Shown one piece after another: positions 1 through 11,259 of a stretch of 64,000 bases of DNA. How positions within the stretch are numbered: the stretch's first letter is position 1; the number at the start of each line of letters is the position of its first letter. The DNA lies in NCBI RefSeq assembly GCF_003334305.1, contig NZ_QOWS01000020.1; one strand, 5' to 3'. This DNA is from Escherichia coli (GTDB lineage: Bacteria; Pseudomonadota; Gammaproteobacteria; Enterobacterales; Enterobacteriaceae). Below the pieces are notes generated by a model that was not told the DNA's origin, made no database searches, and worked only from the letters and a program-made list of their open reading frames with translations. Made by a program: the position numbers and the translations under genes.

Positions 1-203
1 CCGGGCAGGGCGATGTCGGTTTCACCGGGAAGGACCTTTGCACCCAGCAGCGGATTGACCGGATGGCCGGACGTCACTCCGCCGGGGCACACCGAACAGG
101 CCACGCCGGTGGGGGCACCAATGCGCACCCCGGCTGAACCCTGAACAATGCTACCGCCATACTGCGTCATGTCGCCCTGACGCGCTGCCGGTTTTCCGCT
201 CAT
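1..203 (-). CDS. rhsA: Rhs-family polymorphic toxin, N-terminal fragment (start codon at 201-203; rest of gene lies beyond the window start)
   Basis: Own translation of minus strand from ATG 201-203 gives MSGKPAARQGDMTQYGGSIVQGSAGVRI..., the conserved Rhs N-terminus; divergent from yibF as in K-12 synteny. Confidence 0.6.
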   Translation of the reverse strand, partial: MSGKPAARQGDMTQYGGSIVQGSAGVRIGAPTGVACSVCPGGVTSGHPVNPLLGAKVLPGETDIALP

Positions 204-431
204 CTGCTCATCCTTGTTTTATCGGGTTATTTGTCTGCTTCCAGGCAAAACCCTACAGATTTATAAGAAAGCCTTAAGTGAGATATCCATCAGATAGAAA
301 CAATTAGGAAAATATTTATATCACCATGATAAATATGTGATTTATTTGGAAGTAACAAACCATCAACATTTTCTGCCCTTTTTCCCATCACCAGGCCATA
401 CTGATATTTTTCCTCGCACAAAGGACTCGGC

Positions 432-1040
432 ATGAAACTCGTCGGTAGCTACACCAGCCCGTTTGTACGCAAACTTTCTATTCTGTTGTTAGAAAAGGGC
501 ATAACTTTCGAATTTATTAATGAACTGCCCTATAACGCGGACAACGGCGTGGCGCAATTTAACCCGTTAGGAAAAGTGCCGGTGCTGGTGACCGAAGAGG
601 GCGAATGTTGGTTTGATTCGCCGATCATCGCTGAATATATTGAATTAATGAATGTCGCTCCGGCGATGTTGCCGCGCGATCCGCTGGAGTCGTTGCGGGT
701 GCGCAAAATTGAGGCACTGGCGGATGGCATTATGGATGCCGGGCTGGTATCGGTGCGTGAACAGGCGCGTCCAGCGGCGCAGCAGTCTGAAGATGAATTG
801 TTACGCCAGCGGGAGAAAATCAACCGCAGTCTGGATGTGCTGGAAGGATATCTGGTCGATGGCACACTCAAAACCGATACGGTCAATCTGGCGACTATCG
901 CCATTGCCTGTGCCGTCGGATATCTCAATTTCCGCCGCGTTGCGCCAGGCTGGTGTGTCGATCGCCCACACTTAGTCAAACTGGTCGAAAACCTGTTTAG
1001 CCGCGAAAGTTTTGCTCGCACCGAACCGCCAAAGGCTTGA
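432..1040 (+). CDS. yibF: glutathione S-transferase family protein
   Basis: 202-aa ORF, ATG 432, TGA 1038-1040; GST-like N-terminal thioredoxin fold motif (SPFVRK); synteny next to selA. Confidence 0.85.
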
Positions 1041-1137
1041 TGCGCGATATGTCCTCCTGACCCATCTCACGTTACAATCCGTGGTTATGTTAAACGCCCT
1101 TCTCCGTGTGAGAGGGCCTTGATCAGCCAGGTTTCCT

Positions 1138-2529
1138 ATGACAACCGAAACGCGTTCCCTCTATAGTCAACTTCCGGCTATTGATCGCTTATTGCGCGAT
1201 AGCTCCTTCCTTTCTTTGCGTGATACTTATGGTCACACCCGCGTGGTGGAATTGTTGCGTCAGATGCTCGACGAAGCGCGAGAAGTGATTCGTGGCAGCC
1301 AGACGCTGCCTGCGTGGTGTGAAAACTGGGCGCAAGAAGTCGATGCCCGGTTGACGAAAGAAGCGCAGAGCGCGCTGCGTCCGGTGATCAACCTGACGGG
1401 AACCGTGCTGCATACCAACCTTGGGCGAGCTTTACAGGCGGAAGCCGCGGTGGAAGCCGTTGCGCAGGCTATGCGTTCGCCAGTGACCCTCGAGTACGAT
1501 CTGGACGACGCTGGACGCGGACATCGCGATCGTGCGCTGGCGCAGTTGCTGTGCCGCATTACGGGGGCGGAAGATGCCTGTATCGTTAATAACAATGCGG
1601 CGGCGGTGTTATTGATGTTGGCGGCCACTGCCAGCGGGAAAGAGGTGGTGGTTTCTCGCGGCGAACTGGTGGAGATTGGCGGCGCGTTTCGTATTCCCGA
1701 TGTTATGCGTCAGGCAGGCTGCACCCTACACGAAGTAGGGACCACCAACCGCACGCACGCGAATGATTATCGTCAGGCGGTGAATGAAAATACCGCACTG
1801 TTGATGAAAGTACATACCAGTAACTACAGCATTCAGGGGTTCACCAAAGCGATAGATGAAGCGGAACTGGTGGCGCTCGGCAAAGAGCTGGATGTTCCCG
1901 TAGTGACTGATTTAGGCAGTGGCTCGCTGGTCGATCTTAGCCAGTACGGTTTGCCGAAAGAGCCAATGCCGCAGGAGTTGATTGCGGCGGGCGTCAGTCT
2001 GGTGAGTTTCTCCGGCGACAAGTTGTTAGGCGGGCCGCAGGCAGGAATTATTGTTGGTAAAAAAGAGATGATCGCCCGCCTGCAAAGCCACCCGCTGAAG
2101 CGTGCATTACGCGCGGATAAAATGACCCTCGCGGCGCTGGAAGCCACGTTGCGTCTTTATTTACACCCTGAAGCTCTGAGTGAAAAATTACCGACCCTGC
2201 GCCTGCTTACCCGCAGCGCAGAGGTCATTCAAATCCAGGCACAACGTTTACAGGCTCCCCTTGCCGCACATTACGGCGCGGAGTTTGCGGTACAGGTTAT
2301 GCCATGTCTTTCGCAGATTGGCAGTGGTTCGCTGCCGGTTGATCGCCTGCCGAGCGCGGCATTAACGTTTACACCCCATGATGGACGCGGTAGCCACCTT
2401 GAGTCATTAGCCGCCCGCTGGCGTGAATTGCCAGTGCCGGTGATTGGTCGTATTTATGACGGACGATTGTGGCTGGATTTACGCTGCCTTGAAGATGAGC
2501 AACGGTTTTTGGAGATGTTGTTGAAATGA
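1138..2529 (+). CDS. selA: L-seryl-tRNA(Sec) selenium transferase
   Basis: 463-aa ORF with recognisable SelA sequence; stop overlaps selB start (ATGA at 2526-2529). Confidence 0.95.
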   Translation: MTTETRSLYSQLPAIDRLLRDSSFLSLRDTYGHTRVVELLRQMLDEAREVIRGSQTLPAWCENWAQEVDARLTKEAQSALRPVINLTGTVLHTNLGRALQAEAAVEAVAQAMRSPVTLEYDLDDAGRGHRDRALAQLLCRITGAEDACIVNNNAAAVLLMLAATASGKEVVVSRGELVEIGGAFRIPDVMRQAGCTLHEVGTTNRTHANDYRQAVNENTALLMKVHTSNYSIQGFTKAIDEAELVALGKELDVPVVTDLGSGSLVDLSQYGLPKEPMPQELIAAGVSLVSFSGDKLLGGPQAGIIVGKKEMIARLQSHPLKRALRADKMTLAALEATLRLYLHPEALSEKLPTLRLLTRSAEVIQIQAQRLQAPLAAHYGAEFAVQVMPCLSQIGSGSLPVDRLPSAALTFTPHDGRGSHLESLAARWRELPVPVIGRIYDGRLWLDLRCLEDEQRFLEMLLK

Positions 2530-4370
2530 TTATTGCGACTGCCGGACACGTTGACCACGGCAAAACAACCTTATTGCAGGCGATTACTGGCGTAAATGCT
2601 GACCGTCTGCCGGAAGAAAAAAAGCGCGGCATGACCATCGATCTCGGCTATGCCTACTGGCCGCAGCCGGATGGTCGCGTGCCTGGTTTTATCGACGTAC
2701 CCGGTCATGAAAAGTTTCTTTCCAACATGCTGGCGGGCGTTGGTGGTATCGATCACGCGCTGTTGGTGGTGGCGTGCGATGACGGCGTGATGGCGCAGAC
2801 CCGTGAGCATCTGGCGATTTTGCAGCTGACCGGTAACCCGATGCTGACAGTGGCGCTGACCAAGGCCGATCGCGTGGACGAAGCGCGTGTTGATGAGGTT
2901 GAACGCCAGGTAAAGGAGGTGCTGCGGGAATACGGTTTTGCTGAGGCAAAACTGTTTATCACCGCAGCAACCGAAGGTCGGGGAATTGATGCCCTGCGCG
3001 AGCATCTGCTTCAGTTACCAGGACGTGAACACGCCAGCCAACATAGTTTCCGCCTCGCGATCGACCGCGCATTTACCGTAAAAGGTGCCGGGCTGGTCGT
3101 CACCGGTACGGCGTTAAGCGGGGAAGTGAAGGTAGGCGATTCACTCTGGCTGACTGGTGTAAATAAACCGATGCGTGTACGTGCGCTGCATGCACAAAAC
3201 CAGCCAACAGAAACCGCCCATGCCGGGCAGCGTATCGCGCTTAACATCGCGGGTGATGCGGAAAAAGAGCAGATTAACCGTGGCGACTGGCTGCTTGCCG
3301 ATGCGCCGCCAGAGCCGTTCACACGGGTGATTGTCGAGCTTCAAACCCATACGCCGCTGACCCAGTGGCAGCCGCTGCATATTCACCACGCCGCCAGCCA
3401 CGTTACGGGACGCGTTTCGCTGCTGGAAGATAACCTTGCCGAGCTGGTGTTCGATACGCCGCTGTGGCTGGCGGATAACGATCGCTTAGTGCTGCGCGAT
3501 ATCTCGGCCCGCAACACGCTGGCGGGGGCGCGTGTGGTGATGCTTAACCCGCCGCGTCGCGGTAAACGTAAGCCGGAATATCTGCAATGGCTGGCGTCTC
3601 TTGCACGGGCGCAGAGCGATGCCGATGCGTTATCTGTTCATCTGGAACGCGGCGCGGTTAACCTTGCGGATTTCGCCTGGGCGCGCCAGCTCAACGGCGA
3701 AGGGATGCGCGAATTGCTGCAACAGCCTGGCTATATTCAGGCTGGTTATAGCTTGTTGAATGCGCCGGTTGCCGCTCGCTGGCAACGGAAAATTCTCGAC
3801 ACATTAGCGACTTATCATGAGCAACATCGCGATGAACCTGGGCCTGGGCGCGAACGTCTGCGACGTATGGCGTTGCCAATGGAAGATGAAGCGCTAGTAC
3901 TGTTGCTGATTGAAAAGATGCGCGAAAGCGGCGACATCCTCAGTCATCACGGTTGGCTGCATCTGCCGGATCACAAAGCGGGCTTCAGCGAAGAGCAGCA
4001 GGCCATCTGGCAAAAAGCAGAGCCGCTGTTTGGTGACGAGCCGTGGTGGGTGCGTGATCTGGCAAAAGAGACGGGTACCGACGAGCAGGCAATGCGCCTG
4101 ACGCTACGCCAGGCGGCGCAGCAAGGAATAATTACCGCGATCGTCAAAGATCGTTATTACCGTAACGATCGGATTGTCGAATTTGCCAATATGATCCGCG
4201 ATCTCGATCAGGAGTGTGGTTCAACCTGCGCGGCGGATTTCCGCGATCGCTTAGGCGTAGGCCGAAAGCTGGCAATTCAGATTCTGGAATATTTTGACCG
4301 CATTGGCTTTACGCGTCGTCGTGGAAATGATCATTTATTGCGCGACGCATTATTATTTCCGGAAAAATAA
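2526..4370 (+). CDS. selB: selenocysteine-specific translation elongation factor
   Basis: 614-aa ORF; N-terminal GTPase motifs [19 protein letters not shown]; translationally coupled to selA. Confidence 0.95.
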   Translation: MIIATAGHVDHGKTTLLQAITGVNADRLPEEKKRGMTIDLGYAYWPQPDGRVPGFIDVPGHEKFLSNMLAGVGGIDHALLVVACDDGVMAQTREHLAILQLTGNPMLTVALTKADRVDEARVDEVERQVKEVLREYGFAEAKLFITAATEGRGIDALREHLLQLPGREHASQHSFRLAIDRAFTVKGAGLVVTGTALSGEVKVGDSLWLTGVNKPMRVRALHAQNQPTETAHAGQRIALNIAGDAEKEQINRGDWLLADAPPEPFTRVIVELQTHTPLTQWQPLHIHHAASHVTGRVSLLEDNLAELVFDTPLWLADNDRLVLRDISARNTLAGARVVMLNPPRRGKRKPEYLQWLASLARAQSDADALSVHLERGAVNLADFAWARQLNGEGMRELLQQPGYIQAGYSLLNAPVAARWQRKILDTLATYHEQHRDEPGPGRERLRRMALPMEDEALVLLLIEKMRESGDILSHHGWLHLPDHKAGFSEEQQAIWQKAEPLFGDEPWWVRDLAKETGTDEQAMRLTLRQAAQQGIITAIVKDRYYRNDRIVEFANMIRDLDQECGSTCAADFRDRLGVGRKLAIQILEYFDRIGFTRRRGNDHLLRDALLFPEK

Positions 4371-4423
4371 GGAAATGATTAATTAATTTTTAAAATAAAT
4401 TAATACAAATTTCTTATGATTTT

Positions 4424-4463
4424 AAAAAAAGCACATTGTTTAATGAATACAATGTGCTTTTTA
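4424..4463. terminator. hairpin with flanking A- and T-tracts in AT-rich selB-yiaY spacer (bidirectional-looking intrinsic terminator)
   Basis: aaaaaaaGCACATTG...CAATGTGCttttt read directly; 9-bp stem. Confidence 0.55.
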
Positions 4464-4559
4464 TTAGATTAATTTTGATAATTAATAATAATGATCATGT
4501 TTTCGAATGAAAATCCTCAGTAAGCTGCCCACCCTTTTTTACACTTTCAGGAGTGTGTT

Positions 4560-5711
4560 ATGGCATCTTCAACTTTCTTTATTCCTTCTGTGAATGTCAT
4601 CGGCGCTGATTCATTGACTGATGCAATGAATATGATGGCAGATTATGGATTTACCCGTACCTTAATTGTCACTGACAGTATGTTAACGAAATTAGGTATG
4701 GCGGGCGATGTGCAAAAAGCACTGGAAGAACGCAATATTTTTAGCGTTATTTATGATGGCACCCAACCTAACCCCACCACGGAAAACGTCGCCGCAGGTT
4801 TGAAATTACTTAAAGAGAATAATTGCGATAGCGTGATCTCCTTAGGCGGTGGTTCTCCACACGACTGCGCAAAAGGTATTGCGCTGGTGGCAGCCAATGG
4901 CGGCGATATTCGCGATTACGAAGGCGTTGACCGCTCTGCAAAACCGCAGCTGCCGATGATCGCCATCAATACCACGGCGGGTACGGCCTCTGAAATGACC
5001 CGTTTCTGCATCATCACTGACGAAGCGCGTCATATCAAAATGGCGATTGTTGATAAACATGTCACTCCGCTGCTTTCTGTCAATGACTCCTCTCTGATGA
5101 TTGGTATGCCGAAGTCACTGACCGCCGCAACGGGTATGGATGCCTTAACGCACGCTATCGAAGCGTATGTTTCTATTGCCGCCACGCCGATCACTGACGC
5201 TTGTGCACTGAAAGCCGTGACCATGATTGCCGAAAATCTGCCGTTAGCCGTTGAAGATGGCAGTAATGCGAAAGCGCGTGAAGCAATGGCTTATGCCCAG
5301 TTCCTCGCCGGTATGGCGTTCAATAATGCTTCTCTGGGTTATGTTCATGCGATGGCGCACCAGCTGGGCGGTTTCTACAACCTGCCACACGGTGTATGTA
5401 ACGCCGTTTTGCTGCCGCATGTTCAGGTATTCAACAGCAAAGTCGCCGCCGCACGTCTGCGTGACTGTGCCGCTGCAATGGGCGTGAACGTGACAGGTAA
5501 AAACGATGCGGAAGGTGCTGAAGCCTGCATTAACGCCATCCGTGAACTGGCGAAGAAAGTGGATATCCCGGCAGGCCTACGCGACCTGAACGTGAAAGAA
5601 GAAGATTTCGCGGTTCTGGCGACTAATGCCCTGAAAGATGCCTGTGGTTTTACTAACCCGATCCAGGCAACTCACGAAGAAATTGTGGCGATTTATCGCG
5701 CAGCGATGTAA
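4560..5711 (+). CDS. yiaY: iron-containing (group III) alcohol dehydrogenase
   Basis: 383-aa ORF; Fe-ADH family sequence ([13 protein letters not shown] motif); synteny. Confidence 0.85.
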   Translation: MASSTFFIPSVNVIGADSLTDAMNMMADYGFTRTLIVTDSMLTKLGMAGDVQKALEERNIFSVIYDGTQPNPTTENVAAGLKLLKENNCDSVISLGGGSPHDCAKGIALVAANGGDIRDYEGVDRSAKPQLPMIAINTTAGTASEMTRFCIITDEARHIKMAIVDKHVTPLLSVNDSSLMIGMPKSLTAATGMDALTHAIEAYVSIAATPITDACALKAVTMIAENLPLAVEDGSNAKAREAMAYAQFLAGMAFNNASLGYVHAMAHQLGGFYNLPHGVCNAVLLPHVQVFNSKVAAARLRDCAAAMGVNVTGKNDAEGAEACINAIRELAKKVDIPAGLRDLNVKEEDFAVLATNALKDACGFTNPIQATHEEIVAIYRAAM

Positions 5712-5875
5712 TCATCATTTCCACAACGGCTGGCAAATTGTCAGCCGCTTTTTCAACTATCTCTGTAACCCTTGCCCGTAAATTCGTGATAGCTGTCGTA
5801 AAGCTGTTACCGACTGGCGAAGATTTCGCCAGTCACGTCTACCCTTGTTATACCTCACACCGCAAGGAGACGATC

Positions 5876-7414
5876 ATGACCAATAATCCCCCTTCAGCAC
5901 AGATTAAGCCCGGCGAGTATGGTTTCCCCCTCAAGTTAAAAGCCCGCTATGACAACTTTATTGGCGGCGAATGGGTAGCCCCTGCCGACGGCGAGTATTA
6001 CCAGAATCTGACGCCGGTGACCGGGCAGCTGCTGTGCGAAGTGGCGTCTTCGGGCAAACGAGACATCGATCTGGCGCTGGATGCTGCGCACAAAGTGAAA
6101 GATAAATGGGCGCACACCTCGGTGCAGGATCGCGCGGCGATTCTGTTTAAGATTGCCGATCGAATGGAACAAAACCTTGAGCTGTTAGCGACGGCTGAAA
6201 CCTGGGATAACGGCAAACCCATTCGCGAAACCAGTGCTGCCGACGTGCCGCTGGCGATTGACCATTTTCGCTATTTCGCCTCGTGTATTCGGGCGCAGGA
6301 AGGTGGGATCAGTGAAGTTGATAGCGAAACCGTGGCCTATCATTTCCATGAACCGTTAGGCGTGGTGGGGCAGATTATCCCGTGGAACTTCCCGCTGCTG
6401 ATGGCGAGCTGGAAAATGGCTCCCGCGCTGGCGGCGGGCAACTGTGTGGTGCTGAAACCCGCACGTCTTACCCCGCTTTCTGTACTACTGCTAATGGAAA
6501 TCGTCGGTGATTTACTGCCGCCGGGCGTGGTGAACGTGGTCAACGGCGCAGGTGGGGAAATTGGCGAATATCTGGCGACCTCGAAACGCATCGCCAAAGT
6601 GGCGTTTACCGGCTCAACGGAAGTGGGCCAACAAATTATGCAATACGCCACGCAAAACATTATTCCGGTGACGCTGGAGCTGGGCGGCAAATCGCCAAAT
6701 ATCTTCTTTGCTGATGTGATGGATGAAGAAGATGCCTTTTTCGATAAAGCGCTGGAAGGCTTTGCACTGTTTGCCTTTAACCAGGGTGAAGTTTGCACCT
6801 GTCCGAGTCGTGCCTTAGTGCAGGAGTCAATCTACGAACGCTTTATGGAACGCGCCATCCGCCGTGTCGAAAGCATTCGCAGCGGTAACCCACTCGACAG
6901 CGTGACGCAAATGGGCGCGCAGGTTTCTCACGGGCAACTGGAAACCATCCTCAACTACATTGATATCGGTAAAAAAGAGGGCGCAGACGTGCTCACCGGC
7001 GGGCGGCGCAAGCTGCTGGAAGGTGAACTGAAAGACGGCTACTACCTCGAACCGACGATTCTGTTTGGTCAGAACAATATGCGGGTGTTCCAGGAGGAGA
7101 TTTTTGGCCCGGTGCTGGCGGTGACCACCTTCAAAACGATGGAAGAAGCGCTGGAGCTGGCGAACGATACGCAATATGGCCTGGGCGCGGGCGTCTGGAG
7201 CCGCAACGGTAATCTGGCCTATAAGATGGGGCGCGGCATACAGGCTGGGCGCGTGTGGACCAACTGTTATCACGCTTACCCGGCACATGCTGCGTTTGGT
7301 GGCTACAAACAATCAGGTATCGGTCGCGAAACCCACAAGATGATGCTGGAGCATTACCAGCAAACCAAGTGCCTGCTGGTGAGCTACTCGGATAAACCGT
7401 TGGGGCTGTTCTGA
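5876..7414 (+). CDS. aldB: NADP-dependent aldehyde dehydrogenase B
   Basis: ORF track starts at 5738 but conserved protein begins [11 protein letters not shown] at ATG 5876 with SD aaggaga upstream; 512 aa; ALDH catalytic motifs. Confidence 0.9.
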   Translation: MTNNPPSAQIKPGEYGFPLKLKARYDNFIGGEWVAPADGEYYQNLTPVTGQLLCEVASSGKRDIDLALDAAHKVKDKWAHTSVQDRAAILFKIADRMEQNLELLATAETWDNGKPIRETSAADVPLAIDHFRYFASCIRAQEGGISEVDSETVAYHFHEPLGVVGQIIPWNFPLLMASWKMAPALAAGNCVVLKPARLTPLSVLLLMEIVGDLLPPGVVNVVNGAGGEIGEYLATSKRIAKVAFTGSTEVGQQIMQYATQNIIPVTLELGGKSPNIFFADVMDEEDAFFDKALEGFALFAFNQGEVCTCPSRALVQESIYERFMERAIRRVESIRSGNPLDSVTQMGAQVSHGQLETILNYIDIGKKEGADVLTGGRRKLLEGELKDGYYLEPTILFGQNNMRVFQEEIFGPVLAVTTFKTMEEALELANDTQYGLGAGVWSRNGNLAYKMGRGIQAGRVWTNCYHAYPAHAAFGGYKQSGIGRETHKMMLEHYQQTKCLLVSYSDKPLGLF

Positions 7415-7444
7415 TATAAGAAGCTGGTCGCATTGGGTATTCAT

Positions 7445-7526
7445 TGCCTGATGCGACGCTTACGCGTCTTATCATGCCTACGGGAACCTGACCGTAGGCC
7501 GGATAAGGCGTACACGCCGCATCCGG
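7445..7526. repeat. REP/BIME element (two inverted REP units) downstream of aldB
   Basis: gcctgatgcgacgcttacgcgtcttatcatgcctac ... gtaggccggataaggcgtacacgccgcatccggc read directly. Confidence 0.75.
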
Positions 7527-7632
7527 CATAAACAAAGCGCACGTTGTTACAATTTACGTTTTAAACCTACGTGCGCAATAACCCAGACTACGCCAACAGA
7601 AGTGCGTTTCTGGGGCGTGTTTTGTCAGGAGT

Positions 7633-7776
7633 TTAATCTCGCGTTTCGATGGTGAGCGGGCGAACCAGGCCGTAAATCACCATTGGTGATCCGAGGCCAA
7701 TCAGCAATAAACGGTAGATAATTGAAGGTTTAATACGCTTAATCTGTACTGTGGATGTTTTACTGGAGTTATTCAT
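7633..7776 (-). CDS. hypothetical small single-pass membrane protein (47 aa from internal ATG; ORF track gives 70 aa to 7845)
   Basis: ORF MNNSSKTSTVQIKRIKPSIIYRLLLIGLGSPMVIYGLVRPLTIETRD with one ~20-residue hydrophobic helix; no obvious SD; intergenic location. Confidence 0.2.
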   Translation of the reverse strand: MNNSSKTSTVQIKRIKPSIIYRLLLIGLGSPMVIYGLVRPLTIETRD

Positions 7777-7958
7777 TAGTTTGGCCAATAGTTCCACTAT
7801 TTCAATATGATAAACCTCGTCCTGTTGAAAAACCAGACAGCACATTTAAGAAAGTATATAAAAAACAATATGTCGTTATATAAATAAGGAAATTGCACTG
7901 CATCATGGCATTTCATAATATGCGTTAATTGTTCTTTTTTATATTCTTTGAGGGAAAT

Positions 7959-8282
7959 ATGTTCCTGGACTATTTTGCACTGGGAGTGCTTATTTTTGTA
8001 TTTCTGGTGATCTTCTATGGGATCATTATTTTACATGATATTCCCTACCTGATTGCCAAAAAACGTAATCATCCTCATGCCGACGCCATTCATGTTGCTG
8101 GTTGGGTGAGTCTTTTTACGTTACATGTTATCTGGCCGTTTTTGTGGATTTGGGCCACGCTTTACCGCCCGGAGCGGGGATGGGGAATGCAAAGCCATGA
8201 TTCATCCGTTATGCAACTGCAACAGCGCATTGCCGGGCTGGAGAAACAGCTCGCCGACATCAAATCCTCTTCTGCCGAGTAA
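7959..8282 (+). CDS. yiaW: small inner-membrane protein (DUF3302 family)
   Basis: 107 aa from ATG 7959 preceded by agggaaat; two hydrophobic helices; 5 nt upstream of yiaV. Confidence 0.8.
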
Positions 8283-8287
8283 TACTT

Positions 8288-9424
8288 ATGGATTTACTGA
8301 TTATTTTGACCTATGTGGCTTTTGCATGGGCAATGTTTAAGATCTTCAAAATTCCCGTAAATAAATGGACCATTCCCACAGCGGCCCTGGGTGGAATATT
8401 TATTGTCAGCGGTCTAATTCTGTTAATGAACTATAACCATCCGTATACCTTCAAAGCGCAAAAAGCGGTTATTTCTATTCCTGTTGTCCCACAGGTGACA
8501 GGCGTGGTGATCGAAGTGACGGATAAGAAAAATACGCTGATTAAAAAAGGTGAGGTGCTATTTCGACTGGACCCGACGCGTTATCAGGCGCGGGTGGATC
8601 GGCTGATGGCGGATATCGTTACCGCAGAACATAAACAGCGGGCGTTGGGCGCAGAGTTAGATGAGATGGCGGCGAATACTCAGCAGGCAAAGGCCACGCG
8701 GGATAAATTCGCTAAAGAGTATCAGCGTTACGCACGCGGCAGCCAGGCGAAAGTAAACCCGTTTTCAGAACGCGATATTGATGTGGCGCGGCAAAATTAT
8801 CTGGCGCAGGAAGCCTCCGTAAAGTCATCGGCGGCGGAACAAAAACAGATCCAGAGCCAGCTGGATAGCCTGGTGTTGGGTGAACATTCTCAAATCGCCA
8901 GCCTGAAAGCGCAGCTCGCGGAAGCAAAATATAACCTTGAGCAGACGATAGTGCGTGCGCCGAGCGATGGTTATGTGACCCAGGTGCTGATTCGTCCGGG
9001 TACCTATGCCGCGTCGCTGCCGCTACGTCCGGTGATGGTGTTTATACCCGATCAGAAACGACAAATTGTGGCGCAGTTCCGTCAGAACTCCTTGCTGCGA
9101 CTGGCCCCTGGCGACGATGCGGAAGTGGTGTTTAACGCTCTGCCAGGCAAAGTGTTCAGCGGTAAGCTGGCAGCCATTAGTCCAGCTGTTCCCGGCGGAG
9201 CTTATCAGTCGACCGGCACCTTACAGACGTTAAACACAGCGCCGGGTTCAGATGGCGTTATCGCGACCATTGAACTGGATGAGCACACTGATTTGAGCGC
9301 TTTACCAGACGGTATTTACGCCCAGGTGGCGGTCTACTCTGATCATTTCAGCCATGTCTCGGTGATGCGCAAAGTGCTGTTACGCATGACCAGTTGGGTG
9401 CATTACCTTTATCTCGATCATTAA
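8288..9424 (+). CDS. yiaV: membrane-fusion (HlyD/EmrA-family) periplasmic adaptor protein
   Basis: 378 aa; N-terminal TM anchor then long coiled-coil-type region; synteny with yiaW. Confidence 0.85.
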
Positions 9425-10395
9425 TCTTCGCTTTCCGCCGCTTGTTCAGGCCGCAGTTGCTGCGACTGAGCAAGCTGGTGGCGAATTTCACGCAGCATTT
9501 CATCCAGCACATACTGGACCCGCCAGGGCTGGTATTCCCGTTTACGGAAGATAGCCACCAGATCCAGCCACCATTCATACGGGTGCTGAAAGCAGGGCAC
9601 CAGCGTGCCGTCTTGCAGATCGCTCTGCACACTTTTGTCTGGCGCAAACACAATCCCCAGGTGATTTCGTGCCAGCTCCAGCGCCGATTGCGTGTTATCG
9701 CAAACGTAATTTCCCTTCACGCGATAATCCCGCACCTCTTTACTCCCGGCGACGTTGAAGCGCCAGATATTCGCGTCATCAATCATCATCGAGTCGATCA
9801 AAATACAGGAGTGATGTTCGAGTTCGTCAGGACGGCTAATAGGATGTTTCTCAAGATAGCGCTGGCTGGCATAAGCGGTTACGGCATATTGGGTAATAAA
9901 ACTGGCAACCAGCGATTCATCTTTTGGTGGAGCGTAGCTGATTAAAACATCACAATCATCAGGAAATTCGACGCCTTCATAAAAGGCATTACGCTCAAGA
10001 TTGCAGGTTTTTAGCGATAAGGTGATATCACCGATATCTTTAATTTTATCGATTACATGTTTGGATAAATAGGTAATTATGCCGGTTGGGGCGTAGATGG
10101 TGACCCGACCACGTTTCTCATGCTTATAATCTGCAATAAAATTATTAAGCTGCTCGTTTCTGTCCAGCATGTCGTTGATGTACGGTAACAGCGCGGTGCC
10201 AAAAGGTGTGAGCATCAGTTGTCGGGTGGTTCGGTCAAAAACTTTTAAACCCACTTTTGATTCAAAATCAGCAAGATATTTGCTGACGTTGGCCTGTGCG
10301 ATGCCAAGTACAGTCGCGGCATGGCTGATATTTTCACTGGCAGCGATTACCGAGATAATTTTTAACTCCCGGTACTTAAGTTGTAATTTTGTCAT
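9421..10395 (-). CDS. yiaU: LysR-family transcriptional regulator
   Basis: 324 aa; N-terminal HTH typical of LysR; 3' end overlaps yiaV 3' end by 4 bp. Confidence 0.85.
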
Positions 10396-10518
10396 CGCAA
10401 CAGCCCAATTATATATAATTTTATATATTACTATATAAATATGAATCTTGCATCGGAGAAATTGTAAGCATTATTATGCCGACTCTTTTTTATCTTATTT
10501 TAAAATGGAATACCGGAC

Positions 10519-11259
10519 ATGTTAATTAATCGCAATATTGTGGCGTTATTTGCGTTGCCTTTTATGGCAAGCGCAACTGCTTCTGAATTATCCATTGGTG
10601 CTGGTGCAGCTTATAATGAATCGCCTTATCGCGGTTATAATGAAAATACAAAGGCAATTCCGCTGATTAGTTATGAAGGTGATTCTTTTTATGTTCGTCA
10701 GACCACATTAGGTTTTATTCTGTCGCAAAGTGAAAAAAATGAACTTAGCCTGACCGCATCCTGGATGCCGCTGGAATTTGACCCTGCCGATAATGACGAT
10801 TATGCCATGCAACAGCTTGATAAGCGTGATAGTACGGCTATGGCGGGGGTTGCCTGGTATCACCACGAGCGTTGGGGAACCGTGAAAGCCTCTGCGGCTG
10901 CGGACGTTCTGGATAACAGCAACGGCTGGGTGGGGGAGCTATCGGTATTCCACAAAATGCAGATAGGTCGCCTGTCGCTGACACCTGCGCTGGGCGTTCT
11001 CTATTATGACGAGAATTTCAGTGACTATTACTATGGCATTTCAGAGAGTGAGTCCCGTCGTAGCGGTCTGGCAAGTTATTCCGCGCAGGATGCCTGGGTG
11101 CCCTATGTCAGCCTGACGGCAAAATACCCGATAGGAGAGCACGTCGTATTGATGGCGAGTGCAGGATACAGCGAGCTGCCGGAAGAGATTACCGACAGCC
11201 CGATGATTGATCGTAATGAGAGTTTTACCTTTGTCACCGGCGTGAGCTGGCGTTTTTAA
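10519..11259 (+). CDS. yiaT: outer-membrane protein, MipA/OmpV family
   Basis: 246 aa with signal peptide (MLINRNIVALFALPFMASATA) and C-terminal aromatic residue (…VSWRF). Confidence 0.8.
   Translation: MLINRNIVALFALPFMASATASELSIGAGAAYNESPYRGYNENTKAIPLISYEGDSFYVRQTTLGFILSQSEKNELSLTASWMPLEFDPADNDDYAMQQLDKRDSTAMAGVAWYHHERWGTVKASAAADVLDNSNGWVGELSVFHKMQIGRLSLTPALGVLYYDENFSDYYYGISESESRRSGLASYSAQDAWVPYVSLTAKYPIGEHVVLMASAGYSELPEEITDSPMIDRNESFTFVTGVSWRF

Noticed and set aside
530-1021. 163-aa minus-strand ORF inside yibF
   Set aside because: Antisense to a well-supported gene; Arg/Ser-rich low-complexity translation typical of antisense frames of GC-rich coding DNA.
5738-5875. N-terminal extensions in the ORF track (aldB from 5738; likewise avtA to 22788, xylF to 31247, xylA from 31523, yiaF from 41735, tag to 48044, yhjX from 48847, eptB from 50391, yhjV to 60076, sgbU to 13245)
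   Set aside because: Longest-ORF artefacts; conserved protein N-termini and SD placement support the internal starts used in the feature list.
8125-8340. 71-aa plus-strand ORF bridging yiaW and yiaV
   Set aside because: Out-of-frame overlap of two adjacent, better-supported genes.
11041-11259. 5'... 3' portion of the 157-aa minus-strand ORF that overlaps yiaT
   Set aside because: This part is antisense to the yiaT coding sequence; only the intergenic portion (11260-11514) is kept as an open question.
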